Positions 38,086 through 47,567 of a stretch of DNA of 64,000 nucleotides are shown here, piece by piece (position 1 is the stretch's first letter; each line of letters opens with the position of its first letter). The translations under genes and the position numbers were made by a program. Where the stretch lies: the NCBI GenBank assembly GCA_964500835.1, contig CAZCQL010000007.1, positions 31,871 through 95,870 on the forward strand, read 5' to 3'. Below the pieces are notes generated by a model that was given only the letters and a program-made list of their open reading frames with translations, did no database searches and was not told the DNA's origin. This DNA is from an uncultured Bacteroides sp. GTDB taxonomy: Bacteria; Bacteroidota; Bacteroidia; Bacteroidales; GCA-2748055.

Positions 38086-38838
38086 ATGGAAAAACTCTTA
38101 CGAATCCTTATCGTCGATGATGAACCTGAAGCCCGGGAGCTTCTCAAGTATACCCTTCAGGAGGAAGAAGGATTAAAGGTTGTGGCACTGGCAGGGAATG
38201 TGGATGAAGCAGTTCAACTTTTAATGAAGGAGGGTCCCGATCTCGTTTTCCTGGATATTCAAATGCCTGATAAGGATGGATTCAATTTCATTGAGCAGAT
38301 TCATCAAGCGGGATTATATCCGGGAATCATATTCGTCACTGCCTACGAGCACTACGCAATCAAGGCTATTAGAAACTCTGTATTTGATTATATCCTTAAG
38401 CCGATCCGAAGGGATGATCTGGTCAGAGCAATTAGGCGGTTCCGCACCAGGAATGAAAAGAATCAAGAACAGGATCTTAGCCAACTCTTGCATGCACTTC
38501 TGAATTCAGTTCCTGGCAAGATCAAACTTAATACCCGTTCGGGTTATATCCTCATTAATCCGAATGAGGTGGTGTACTGTCAGGCCGATGGCAATTACAC
38601 CTATCTTCAGCTAATTAGTGGTATCAGGGAGCTTACTACTCAAAATCTGGGCACCATTGAGGATTATTTGAAAGGAGGGAGTTTTTTTCGAGCCAGCAGA
38701 TCTTACCTGGTAAATTTGAGGTATTTATCCCGTGTCGACCGAAGGAGCTGTAGCTGCTTATTTGAATATCAAGGAGATTCGTACTCGATCAAGATCCCGG
38801 CGCAAAAAATAAAGGTACTTGAAGCAAGTTTTTCCTGA
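38086..38838 (+). CDS. LytTR-family two-component response regulator
   Basis: The receiver domain has ILIVDDEPEA and the phospho-acceptor context DLVFLDIQMPDKDG. The C-terminal LytTR domain has VYCQADGNYTYL...FFRASRSYLVNL. The start is set at MEKLLRILIVDD. Confidence 0.85.
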   Translation: MEKLLRILIVDDEPEARELLKYTLQEEEGLKVVALAGNVDEAVQLLMKEGPDLVFLDIQMPDKDGFNFIEQIHQAGLYPGIIFVTAYEHYAIKAIRNSVFDYILKPIRRDDLVRAIRRFRTRNEKNQEQDLSQLLHALLNSVPGKIKLNTRSGYILINPNEVVYCQADGNYTYLQLISGIRELTTQNLGTIEDYLKGGSFFRASRSYLVNLRYLSRVDRRSCSCLFEYQGDSYSIKIPAQKIKVLEASFS

Positions 38839-38851
38839 GGGTTCCTGAGGG
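38832..38851 (+). repeat. Perfect tandem duplication TTCCTGAGGG x2 spanning the response-regulator stop codon
   Basis: Read directly from the sequence: 38832-38841 and 38842-38851 are identical, and the TGA stop at 38836-38838 lies in copy 1. Confidence 0.9.
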
Positions 38852-38992
38852 AAATGCTTTATCCGTAAAAACAGAGGGTTCACATTCCAGAATCGATCTT
38901 TCACACAATAAGTCCGAATTCTCTTTCCATTGCCTGGATCGGTGCCTACATTAGACCTGTCATAATGCCTTACGAACCTTAAATTCTGAGCT

Positions 38993-39163
38993 ATGGTAGA
39001 AGTATTTAACCTTGAAGGCATGCCCGTTTATAAGTACCGTTCCCGGGAAGAAGATTCATTTGCTATCTCTGATTTGGAAGGAAAGGGGCTCCCTTGCGGC
39101 ATATATTTCGTAAAAATAAGAAAGCCCCATGGAATTGAAACAGGTAAGCTTTTAATCTGTTAA
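38993..39163 (+). pseudogene. Orphan T9SS C-terminal sorting-domain fragment (remnant of a lost cargo gene, or a tiny stand-alone ORF)
   Basis: The 56-codon ORF falls below the track cutoff. My translation is MVEVFNLEGMPVYKYRSREEDSFAISDLEGKGLPCGIYFVKIRKPHGIETGKLLIC*. This matches the distal two-thirds of a T9SS CTD (V-x-V/I-aromatic-N-x-x-G...; I-D/S-L-x-x-L-x-x-GIYFVKI...K-L-I). No signal peptide or upstream passenger domain is present, and stops occur in frame just upstream. Confidence 0.35.
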
Positions 39164-41604
39164 GCCAGCATCAGTGGTTGTGTAACCTTTTCCTTAAGTA
39201 GAACAAAATCCATTAACTCGGATATTTGACTTACATACTGGAACTGTAATCCACGCCGGTAAATTTCATTTATTTCTTCGACATCCTTTCTGTTTTCAAC
39301 TGATATGGCTATATCGGTGATCCCTGCTCTTTTTGCTGCCAGTATCTTCTCTTTGATGCCACCAACCGGAAGGACCTTACCCCGGAGTGTTATTTCACCG
39401 GTCATCGCCACATTCTCTCTTACTTTACGCTGGGTGAACGCTGAAGTGATTGAGGTCATCATGGCTACTCCTGCCGAAGGGCCGTCCTTTGGAATAGCCC
39501 CCTCGGGCACATGTACGTGCACATTGTATTTCTTAAAGAGAGCCGTTTTAAGTTCAAATTTTGATGCGTGTGATTTTAAAAACTCCAGGGCCAGTACTGC
39601 CGATTCTTTCATTACGTCGCCAAGGTTCCCGGTAAGTGTTAATTTACCTTCACCCTGACTGAGGGAAGTTTCTACAAAAAGTATCTCACCGCCATGGGCA
39701 GTCCAAGCCAAACCTGTGACAACACCAGCATGTTTGTTACCATCATATTTATCCCTTATGTATCGGGGGGGGCCAAGTATTTCCTGGACAATTTTTATGC
39801 TGAGAGTGCTTTCATAACTATCTTCAAAAGCGATATGTTTAGCAACGACCCTTACAAGCTTAGCAATCTGTTTATCCAGTTGTCTGACTCCCGATTCCCG
39901 GGTATGGCTTTCGATGAGATATTCAAGTGTTTTAGCTGGAATGGAAAGTTGATTTTTGGCCACCCCATGATTCTCTTTTTGCTTGGGAATCAGGTGTCTT
40001 CGAGCAATTTGTATTTTTTCTTCAACGATGTATCCGGATAGATCAATTATCTCCATCCGGTCAAGTAATGCTGGATTGATTCCGGCGGTGGTATTGGCTG
40101 TGGCAATAAACATGACTCTTGAGAGGTCATAATCCAATTCCAGAAAGTTATCGTGAAAATTGCTGTTCTGTTCCGGATCGAGAACTTCCAGGAGTGCGGA
40201 CGCTGGATTCCCTTGTGCATCCCTGCCTACCTTGTCTATCTCATCCAGTACGAAAACCGGATTGGACGATTTCACTTTTTTTAGATTTTGTATCACTCGT
40301 CCAGGCATGGCACCAATATATGTTTTGCGGTGTCCCCTGATTTCAGCCTCATCGTGAAGACCACCAAGTGACATTCTGACATACTTGCGGTTCAAAGCCT
40401 CCGCGATGGATTTTCCCAGAGAAGTTTTGCCAACACCCGGAGGTCCAACTAAGCAGAGTATCGGTGATTTCAGATCTCCTTTAAGTTTCAACACAGCGAG
40501 GTGCTCCAGAATCCTGTCTTTCACTTTTTCCAGGCCAAAATGATCCTTATCCAGGATCCGGCTTGCCCTTTTCAAATTAAAATTGTCCTTTGTAAATTCG
40601 TTCCAGGGAAGCTCAACCAAAGTCTGTATATAATTAATCTGGACAGAATACTCACCTGTAGCCGGATTGAGTCTCAGTAATTTGTCTAATTCCTTTTGAA
40701 AGGCTACTGCAACCTCCTTGCTCCATTTCTTTTTCTTCGCCTTTTCCTTGAAATCAATCACTTCCTGATCCTGCGGGGATCCTCCTAATTCATCCTGGAT
40801 GGTTTTCATCTGCTGGTGAAGCAAAAATTCTCTTTGCTGCTGATCCAGGTCATTTTTAACTTTAATCTGAATGTCATTTTTTAGCTCAAGCATCTGGACC
40901 TCCTTGGAGAGGCTTTCCAGGAGTATAAATCCCCTTTTCGAGACACTATTGGTTTCCAGTAAATCCTGCTTTTGCTTGAGTGAGAGCTCACTGTTAGAAG
41001 CAAGAAAATTGACAAGAAAAGATGGGCTCTCAATATTTTTCACTGCAAAGGTAGCTTCTGTAGGTATATTGGAAGAAAGCTTGATGATCTTTATAGAAAG
41101 CTCTTTCAATGCGGCTGCTACAGCTTTGGCCTCGCCGGCTGGTTCTTCTTTTGCATCTTCCAGTGGGGTGATCTTTGCTACATGGTAAGGTTTTTCGGTA
41201 AGAAGATCATCCAGTGAAAATCTTTTCCTTCCTTGGATAATCACCGAGGTAGTTCCATCGGGCATTTCAAGAATCTTTAAAATCTGAGCAACCGTCCCAA
41301 TCCTGTAAAGGTTATCAAGTTCGGGGTCATCGATGGAGCCATCCTTCTGAGCAACGGCACCCAGGATTTTATTCTTCTTAAATACTTCCTGAACTAACCT
41401 TAAAGACTTATCCCTTCCTACGGTAATGGGAATTACTACACCCGGGAAAAGTACCGTATTCCTTAAGGGCAGAATGGGCAGGACGTCGGGAATGTTCATT
41501 TTTTTAAGATCCTCTTCTTCCTCTTCTGAAAGCAAAGGAATATATTCTGTCTCTTCATCCATGGGAATCATCACATTATTTGGACCATAAAACTTATCTT
41601 GCAT
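39160..41604 (-). CDS. lon: ATP-dependent Lon protease (LonA)
   Basis: A Lon N-terminal domain is present (LPLRNTVLFPGVVIPITVGR). Walker A is GPPGVGKTSLGKS. The protease domain carries the catalytic Ser context PKDGPSAGVAM and the Lys context ITLRGKVLPVGGIKEK. Confidence 0.95.
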   Translation of the reverse strand: MQDKFYGPNNVMIPMDEETEYIPLLSEEEEEDLKKMNIPDVLPILPLRNTVLFPGVVIPITVGRDKSLRLVQEVFKKNKILGAVAQKDGSIDDPELDNLYRIGTVAQILKILEMPDGTTSVIIQGRKRFSLDDLLTEKPYHVAKITPLEDAKEEPAGEAKAVAAALKELSIKIIKLSSNIPTEATFAVKNIESPSFLVNFLASNSELSLKQKQDLLETNSVSKRGFILLESLSKEVQMLELKNDIQIKVKNDLDQQQREFLLHQQMKTIQDELGGSPQDQEVIDFKEKAKKKKWSKEVAVAFQKELDKLLRLNPATGEYSVQINYIQTLVELPWNEFTKDNFNLKRASRILDKDHFGLEKVKDRILEHLAVLKLKGDLKSPILCLVGPPGVGKTSLGKSIAEALNRKYVRMSLGGLHDEAEIRGHRKTYIGAMPGRVIQNLKKVKSSNPVFVLDEIDKVGRDAQGNPASALLEVLDPEQNSNFHDNFLELDYDLSRVMFIATANTTAGINPALLDRMEIIDLSGYIVEEKIQIARRHLIPKQKENHGVAKNQLSIPAKTLEYLIESHTRESGVRQLDKQIAKLVRVVAKHIAFEDSYESTLSIKIVQEILGPPRYIRDKYDGNKHAGVVTGLAWTAHGGEILFVETSLSQGEGKLTLTGNLGDVMKESAVLALEFLKSHASKFELKTALFKKYNVHVHVPEGAIPKDGPSAGVAMMTSITSAFTQRKVRENVAMTGEITLRGKVLPVGGIKEKILAAKRAGITDIAISVENRKDVEEINEIYRRGLQFQYVSQISELMDFVLLKEKVTQPLMLA

Positions 41605-41742
41605 AGTATTCTCCTCTTCAGTTATTTCAACGTCAATCTGTCATATCTGCTCATTTTTAGCAGGTCTGACGATAAGGTCAATAAGCGTGCCAAGTTTAAT
41701 ACGTTCCGGGAGTGGTATTTGTTTTAAAAACACCTGCCATAC

Positions 41743-41760
41743 TGTGATTAAATTAACAAT
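41743..41760. promoter_or_regulatory. Candidate Rex operator upstream of rex
   Basis: CTGTGATTAAATTAACAA (41742-41759) compares with the Rex consensus TTGTGAAnnnnTTCACAA, with half sites TGTGA / TAACA. There are three mismatches overall, and the site lies 38-55 bp upstream of the rex ATG. Confidence 0.35.
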
Positions 41761-41797
41761 ATTTTGTAGTATTGTAGAATAACACCTCTCAGGCTCT

Positions 41798-42421
41798 ATG
41801 TTATTACCGGAAAGAACAGTCGAAAGACTCAGTGAATATCGAAGATCCCTGCTGGATTGTCTGGAAGAAGGAAGAACACATATTTACTCCCACGAACTTG
41901 CAGGACTTCACCACAATACAGCTGTTCAGGTAAGGCGGGATATCATGTTCATTGGATATACCAGCATGCAACGGAAGGGATATGATGTGAGAGAACTCAT
42001 CGATGTAATTGGTGGGATTCTTGATTCAGAGAAAGGTCTCAATGTGGCAGTTATTGGTCTGGGTAATCTTGGACGTGCTGTGACCACCTACTTTATGGGA
42101 AAACGTTCAAAGCTCAACATCATTGCCACATTTGATGTGGATGCCAACAAGATCGACCGTGTAATTTCTGGAGTAAAATGTTATCCGTTAAGCAAGCTTA
42201 AGGAATTAGTTACCTCCCACCACATCTCCATTGCCATAATGACTGTTCCGGCAGATTCCGCCATTGAAGTCTCAAAGACACTCGTGAAAGCCGGCATTAA
42301 AGGGGTCCTTAATTTTACTACTGTACCATTGAGTGTGTCGCCCAATGTGTACCTGGATGAATACGACATGATCACTTCCCTGGAGAAAGTGGCTTATTTT
42401 GTAAAAATGGCAAGAAGGTAG
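41798..42421 (+). CDS. rex: Redox-sensing transcriptional repressor Rex
   Basis: The N-terminal wHTH is TVERLSEYRRSL...ELAGLHHNTAVQVRRDI. The Rossmann NADH-binding motif is VAVIGLGNLGRAV. The ORF is 207 aa. Confidence 0.85.
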   Translation: MLLPERTVERLSEYRRSLLDCLEEGRTHIYSHELAGLHHNTAVQVRRDIMFIGYTSMQRKGYDVRELIDVIGGILDSEKGLNVAVIGLGNLGRAVTTYFMGKRSKLNIIATFDVDANKIDRVISGVKCYPLSKLKELVTSHHISIAIMTVPADSAIEVSKTLVKAGIKGVLNFTTVPLSVSPNVYLDEYDMITSLEKVAYFVKMARR

Positions 42422-42523
42422 TGAAATGTTAAAAAAACATAATTTTTTTGTTAAAATACCTGTCGGGTGCAACATAAATCAGCCATATTGGTTAATATAG
42501 CTGGAAAGTAATTGTTGGGGTGC

Positions 42524-42584
42524 AAGGCAAGTTGCGAATCTTTTGAGGGTTTTAGGGAGAGTAGCAACTTGCCTTATTTTTTTT
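42524..42584 (+). terminator. Long-stem hairpin followed by a T-run (rex terminator or structured leader/sRNA element)
   Basis: AAGGCAAGTTGC (42524-42535) pairs perfectly with GCAACTTGCCTT (42564-42575) to form a 12-bp stem. The loop is 28 nt, and the stem is followed by A + T8 (42576-42584). Confidence 0.45.
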
Positions 42585-42652
42585 CTATTTTTCTGCTGTT
42601 CGGCTATGTTCTAAGACACTCCTATTCCTTCCGGGACATATTTCTGCTTTCT

Positions 42653-42660
42653 TATCTTTG
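42653..42660 (+). promoter_or_regulatory. Bacteroidota-type -7 promoter box (TAnnTTTG) upstream of the acyl-CoA synthetase gene
   Basis: TATCTTTG at 42653-42660 lies 21 bp upstream of the ATG at 42681. I found no clear -33 TTTG partner. Confidence 0.3.
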
Positions 42661-42680
42661 GATCAGTAAACCAGATCCGA

Positions 42681-44747
42681 ATGATCAATAGACAACTTAT
42701 TGAACCTGAGAGCATTGTGGTTGTAGGCGCGTCCAACGATGTAGCTAAACCAGGAGGGAAGTTATTTCATAATATTCATACTGGAACTTTTAAAGGAAAG
42801 CTTTATGCGTTAAATCCTAAAGAGGATGTAATACAAGGAGTTACATCCTACAGGAATGTAAAAAATCTACCACCTTCCGACCTGGCATTTCTGGCTGTTC
42901 CTGCGGCACTCTGCCCAAAAATTATTAAAGACCTTGCCGAGAATAACGATACCAGGGCCTTCATCATAGTATCAGCTGGATTCAGTGAAGAGGGTGACGA
43001 GGGTATGCAGATTGAAATGGAAATTGTACAAATATGTAAAAAATATGAGGCAGCATTAATAGGTCCGAATTGCATCGGTGTGATGACTCCAGACTACCAG
43101 GGAGTTTTTACCGCACCAATTCCCAGGCTTGATCCACAGGGTTGCGATTTTATATCAGGAAGTGGTGCCACGGCAGTGTTTATAATGGAAGCAGGATTAC
43201 AGAAAGGACTGAAATTCAATCAAATCTTTTCAGTTGGCAACTCTGCACAGTTGGGTGTTGAAGATATTTTGCAATACTTTGATGAAACATACCATGAAGG
43301 CTCATCTTCTAAAGTTAAGATTCTGTATTTTGAAACAATTAAAAATCCCGACCTGCTGCTCAGCCATGCCACATCCTTAATCCGGAAAGGATGTGGGATT
43401 GCAGCAATAAAAGCCGGTACCACCAATGCCGGCAGCAGGGCAGCTTCTTCGCATACCGGTGCTTTGGCAAGTTCAGATATGGCTGTTGATGCCCTTTTCA
43501 GGAAAGCAGGTATTGTCAGGTGTTACGGGAGAGAAGATCTCACCACCGTGGCATCGGTGTGGTTACACGCTCCATTGCGTGGGAGAAACCTTGCTATCAT
43601 TACTCATGCCGGAGGACCTGCTGTAATGCTCACCGACGTTTTGTCACAGGGAGGAATGGAGGTGCCCCAACTTAAAGGTCCCGAGGTTGAACGGTTACTG
43701 ACCCACCTCTATCCCGGTTCATCTGCATCCAATCCCATCGATATATTGGCTACAGGAAATGCGGAACAACTGGGACATTGCATCGATTTCTGTGAATCTG
43801 CCTTTAACGAGATCGATGGGATCGTGGTAATTTTTGGCACACCTGGATTGGCGCCGGTTTTTGATGTATACGAAGTGCTTGATCAGAGGATACAGTCTTG
43901 CAGCAAACCCATTTACCCTGTTCTTCCGTCAGTCATAACAGCCAGGGAAGAGGTTCAGGAGTTTCTTGCAAAGGGTCATATCAATTTCCCGGATGAGGTG
44001 CTGCTTGGTCACGCACTAACCAGAATTTTCAATACCTCTGCTCCGGCCGGTAGCAAACCGTACCTCGATGGAATTGAAGTAGAGGTTATCAGGGAAATAA
44101 TCGACGCAGCAGACAATGGCTATCTGTCGCCAGGGGAAATACAGCAGATACTGGATGCGGGAAGAATTCCCCGGGTGACCGAGGGCATTGCAAAGACTGA
44201 AGGATCTCTTAGCGAGCTGGCAGAGAAAACTGGCTATCCGCTTGTCATGAAAGTTATGGGTCCTATACATAAATCTGACGTGGGTGGCGTGGTTCTCGGA
44301 ATCGAAAATGAGATGGATCTGTTGAGTGCTTTTCACAGATTGAGTAAGATAGACGGCTCCAAAGGAGTGCTGGTACAACCCATGATGGAAGGTATGGAAT
44401 TGTTTGCCGGGGCTACCTATGAACCTTCCTTTGGACATGTAGTACTCTGTGGGGTGGGAGGTATTTATGTGGAGGTACTGAAGGATTATGCCTCAGGTCT
44501 TGCGCCCCTTTCCATAGCTGAGACTGGACAGATGATACACTCCCTGAGCAGTTATCAATTGTTGAGGGGTATTCGCGGAAAGGAAGGGATTAATATTCAA
44601 TTGTTTGAGGAAATAATCGCCAGATTGTCCACCATACTCAGGTATGCCAGGGAAATAGTGGAACTGGACTTAAATCCCATTATGGCGAAAGGGGACCAGC
44701 TGCTGGTTGTGGATGCCAGAGTCAGGATTGAAAAAAGGGTTATATAA
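42681..44747 (+). CDS. ADP-forming acetyl/acyl-CoA synthetase (acetate--CoA ligase family; fused alpha and beta domains)
   Basis: 688-aa ORF. The N-terminal CoA-binding/succinyl-CoA-synthetase-like region has IVVVGASNDVAKPGG, GPNCIGV and the phosphohistidine context SSHTGALASS. The C-terminal ATP-grasp domain has YPLVMKVMGPIHKSDVGGV. Confidence 0.8.
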   Translation: MINRQLIEPESIVVVGASNDVAKPGGKLFHNIHTGTFKGKLYALNPKEDVIQGVTSYRNVKNLPPSDLAFLAVPAALCPKIIKDLAENNDTRAFIIVSAGFSEEGDEGMQIEMEIVQICKKYEAALIGPNCIGVMTPDYQGVFTAPIPRLDPQGCDFISGSGATAVFIMEAGLQKGLKFNQIFSVGNSAQLGVEDILQYFDETYHEGSSSKVKILYFETIKNPDLLLSHATSLIRKGCGIAAIKAGTTNAGSRAASSHTGALASSDMAVDALFRKAGIVRCYGREDLTTVASVWLHAPLRGRNLAIITHAGGPAVMLTDVLSQGGMEVPQLKGPEVERLLTHLYPGSSASNPIDILATGNAEQLGHCIDFCESAFNEIDGIVVIFGTPGLAPVFDVYEVLDQRIQSCSKPIYPVLPSVITAREEVQEFLAKGHINFPDEVLLGHALTRIFNTSAPAGSKPYLDGIEVEVIREIIDAADNGYLSPGEIQQILDAGRIPRVTEGIAKTEGSLSELAEKTGYPLVMKVMGPIHKSDVGGVVLGIENEMDLLSAFHRLSKIDGSKGVLVQPMMEGMELFAGATYEPSFGHVVLCGVGGIYVEVLKDYASGLAPLSIAETGQMIHSLSSYQLLRGIRGKEGINIQLFEEIIARLSTILRYAREIVELDLNPIMAKGDQLLVVDARVRIEKRVI

Positions 44748-44827
44748 CACATGCTCCATATGCTTTAAGGCACAACTGTTTTTTTCTCCTTTACCTAATT
44801 TCACTCCGGATTTCAAAAGCTGCTTAT

Positions 44828-46150
44828 ATGACACCGATACCCATTTCGGAACATATTGTTAATGAAGTAATTGATGCCTTTGGCATTCACCCTGTGGGAA
44901 AGGCTACCATCCGGGAGCTGGTAAAAATCGTAAACGATATTGAGGAGCTCACAGGCGATGAATTTATTCGCATGGAAATGGGGGTCCCTGGCCTGGAGCC
45001 CACGTTTGTAGGAACTGAAGCTGAAATGATTGCCCTACGCAAGGGAGTTGCATCGGAATACCCAAACATAGAAGGGATAAAGCCTCTAAAAGAGGAGGCA
45101 GCCAGGTTTATAAAATTATTTTTGAATGTGGAAGTTGAATCCATTCATTGTGTTCCCACGGTAGGTTCAATGATGGGTGGGATGGCGGCATTTATGGTGG
45201 TAAACCGGTCGGATAATAAACGTTCCGGAACATTATTTCTGGATCCCGGTTTTCCGGTTCAAAAGCAACAATGCCTGGTATTGGGACATACGTTTGGTTC
45301 CTTTGATCTATATGATTACAGGGGAACTAAGCTAAAAGCCAAGATTGAGGAGGAAATAGAAAAAGGACACTATTCATCCATCCTTTATTCTAATCCAAAC
45401 AATCCTTCGTGGATCTGTCTCACCGAGAAAGAACTAAAGATAATAGGCGAATTATCCATAAAGCATGACCTGACAGTTATTGAAGACCTGGCCTATCTTG
45501 GAATGGATTTCCGTAAAGATATCTCGAAGCCCGGAATTTCTCCATACCAATCCACCGTGGCGAAATACACAAACAATTACCTACTGCTGATATCCAGTTC
45601 AAAGGCATTCAGCTATGCGGGCCAGAGGATTGGGATGATAATCATTGCTCCTGACCTTTTTAAAAGGAAGTACCCCGACCTTAAACGCTATTATAACTCA
45701 GAAAAGTTTGGTCATGCAATGATTTATGGAGCACTCTATGCCCTTTCAGGTGGGGCCTCCCATACCGCTCAGTATGCGTTAGCTGCCATCTTCAAAGCAG
45801 TTAACAACGGTACCTATAACTACATCGATGAAGTAAAGGAGTATGGGGCCAAGGCGGTCATCATGAAAAGCTTGTTCAGGAAATATGGATTCAATCTGGT
45901 CTACGATAAGGACCTGGAGGAACCTCTTGCCGACGGATTCTATTTCACTATTTCCTACCCGGGCTTTAGCGGCCAGCAATTGGTGCAGGAATTGCTCTAT
46001 TATGGTATAAGTGCAGTTTCGCTAGAAATTACAGGGAGTTCCCGAATAGAAGGAATCAGGGCATGCGTGTCGAAGGTGAGGCGGGATCAAATGGATATGC
46101 TGGAAGAACGATTGATCTGTTTTAGGGAAAATCACCCCATCCCGAAATAA
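44828..46150 (+). CDS. PLP-dependent aminotransferase, class I/II
   Basis: 440-aa ORF. The PLP-lysine motif is SSSKAFSYAGQRIG, with YSNPNNPS upstream. Substrate is not assignable from the sequence alone. Confidence 0.8.
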   Translation: MTPIPISEHIVNEVIDAFGIHPVGKATIRELVKIVNDIEELTGDEFIRMEMGVPGLEPTFVGTEAEMIALRKGVASEYPNIEGIKPLKEEAARFIKLFLNVEVESIHCVPTVGSMMGGMAAFMVVNRSDNKRSGTLFLDPGFPVQKQQCLVLGHTFGSFDLYDYRGTKLKAKIEEEIEKGHYSSILYSNPNNPSWICLTEKELKIIGELSIKHDLTVIEDLAYLGMDFRKDISKPGISPYQSTVAKYTNNYLLLISSSKAFSYAGQRIGMIIIAPDLFKRKYPDLKRYYNSEKFGHAMIYGALYALSGGASHTAQYALAAIFKAVNNGTYNYIDEVKEYGAKAVIMKSLFRKYGFNLVYDKDLEEPLADGFYFTISYPGFSGQQLVQELLYYGISAVSLEITGSSRIEGIRACVSKVRRDQMDMLEERLICFRENHPIPK

Positions 46151-46257
46151 TAAATTTTATCCCAAATAAGCTGCAAAGTCGCAAACCTATACAATTACAG
46201 CAAGGAAGGAATATGAGAATTATTACATTTGGTACGTATACATAAAAAAAGAACAGC

Positions 46258-46485
46258 ATGGCAAAAGCCGTTGGAGCCATTGTAGTAGATGTAGAAAGGT
46301 GTAAAGGATGCCAGGTGTGTATGGTGAATTGTCCTACAGAGACCATTAGCATGGCTGAGGAAGTGAATGGAAAAGGATACTATTTTGCCTATATGCACTA
46401 TCCGGAGAACTGCACCGGATGTACAAATTGCGCGGTGGTCTGTCCCGACGGGGTAATATCAGTATACAGAGTGAAGCATAATTAA
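46258..46485 (+). CDS. 2-oxoacid:ferredoxin oxidoreductase delta subunit (2x[4Fe-4S] ferredoxin)
   Basis: Two cluster motifs are present, CKGCQVCMVNCP and CTGCTNCAVVCP. The ORF is 75 aa and sits directly upstream of the alpha subunit. Confidence 0.8.
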   Translation: MAKAVGAIVVDVERCKGCQVCMVNCPTETISMAEEVNGKGYYFAYMHYPENCTGCTNCAVVCPDGVISVYRVKHN

Positions 46486-46496
46486 AGATGGGTTAG

Positions 46497-47567
46497 ATGA
46501 AAGAACTGGCACTAATGAAGGGGAATGAGGCCATTGCAGAAGCTGCTATCAGGGCGGGTATGGATGCGTATTTTGGATATCCCATCACACCCCAGTCAGA
46601 AGTTATGGAATACCTTATGCTGCAGAAGCCGGATGAACGGACAGGAATGGTTGTTCTTCAAGCAGAAAGCGAAATTGCATCTATAAACATGGTTTATGGA
46701 GCTGCCGGGACAGGCAAGAGGGTGATGACTTCCTCTTCCAGTCCTGGAATCAGTCTGATGCAGGAAGGTATCAGTTACATTGCCGGCGCTGAACTTCCTT
46801 GTCTGATCGTCAATGTGGTCAGGGGAGGTCCGGGATTGGGAACCATTCAACCTTCACAGGCAGATTACTTCCAATCCACCAAAGGTGGGGGCCATGGGGA
46901 TTACCGACTTATCGTACTTGCTCCGGCATCGGTTCAGGAGATGGCAGATTTTGTTGATTTGGGAATAGAGCTGGCTTTCAAATACCGAAATCCTGCTTTG
47001 ATACTCACAGATGGCCTTGTCGGACAGATGATGGAAAAAGTGGAACTACCCGCACAGAAGGAGAGGGTAGATACGTTTGATCAATCCTGGGTCACCACGG
47101 GTAAAACCAAGGACCGGGAGCGGAACATCATTACTTCGCTAAACCTGGATCCGGATCGCCAGTACGCACATAATCTGAAGTTGCAGGAGAAGTACAGAAG
47201 CATGAAACAGGATGTAATGTTTGAAAAAATCGAATGTGATGACGCGGAATTTTTGCTCGTAGCGTATGGATCCAGTGCACGGATATGCCAAAAAGTTGTG
47301 GATATCGCAAGGGGCAGAGGCAAGCGAATCGGATTGTTGAGGCCCCAAACCGTATACCCCTTTCCCACTGATGAACTCTCCAGACTGGCGAGACGCGTCA
47401 AAGGGATGATGGCCGTGGAATTGAGTTCTGGTCAGATGGTGGAAGATGTGAAACTTGCTGTAAATGGTAGAGTGCCGGTATACCATTATGGAATGCTGGG
47501 TGGTAAGATTCATTCACCCGAGGACGTTTTAGGTGCTGTTGAAGAGAAATTCTTAGGAGGATTTTAG
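46497..47567 (+). CDS. 2-oxoacid:ferredoxin oxidoreductase alpha subunit
   Basis: MKGNEAIAEAAIRAGMDAYFGYPITPQSE is a typical KorA/VorB N-terminus. The ORF is 356 aa. Confidence 0.85.
   Translation: MKELALMKGNEAIAEAAIRAGMDAYFGYPITPQSEVMEYLMLQKPDERTGMVVLQAESEIASINMVYGAAGTGKRVMTSSSSPGISLMQEGISYIAGAELPCLIVNVVRGGPGLGTIQPSQADYFQSTKGGGHGDYRLIVLAPASVQEMADFVDLGIELAFKYRNPALILTDGLVGQMMEKVELPAQKERVDTFDQSWVTTGKTKDRERNIITSLNLDPDRQYAHNLKLQEKYRSMKQDVMFEKIECDDAEFLLVAYGSSARICQKVVDIARGRGKRIGLLRPQTVYPFPTDELSRLARRVKGMMAVELSSGQMVEDVKLAVNGRVPVYHYGMLGGKIHSPEDVLGAVEEKFLGGF

Noticed and set aside
38758-39021. 87-aa minus-strand ORF in the regulator/lon spacer
   Set aside because: It has no motifs. It overlaps the response-regulator 3' end and is antisense to the T9SS-CTD-like fragment, which has the more convincing protein signature.
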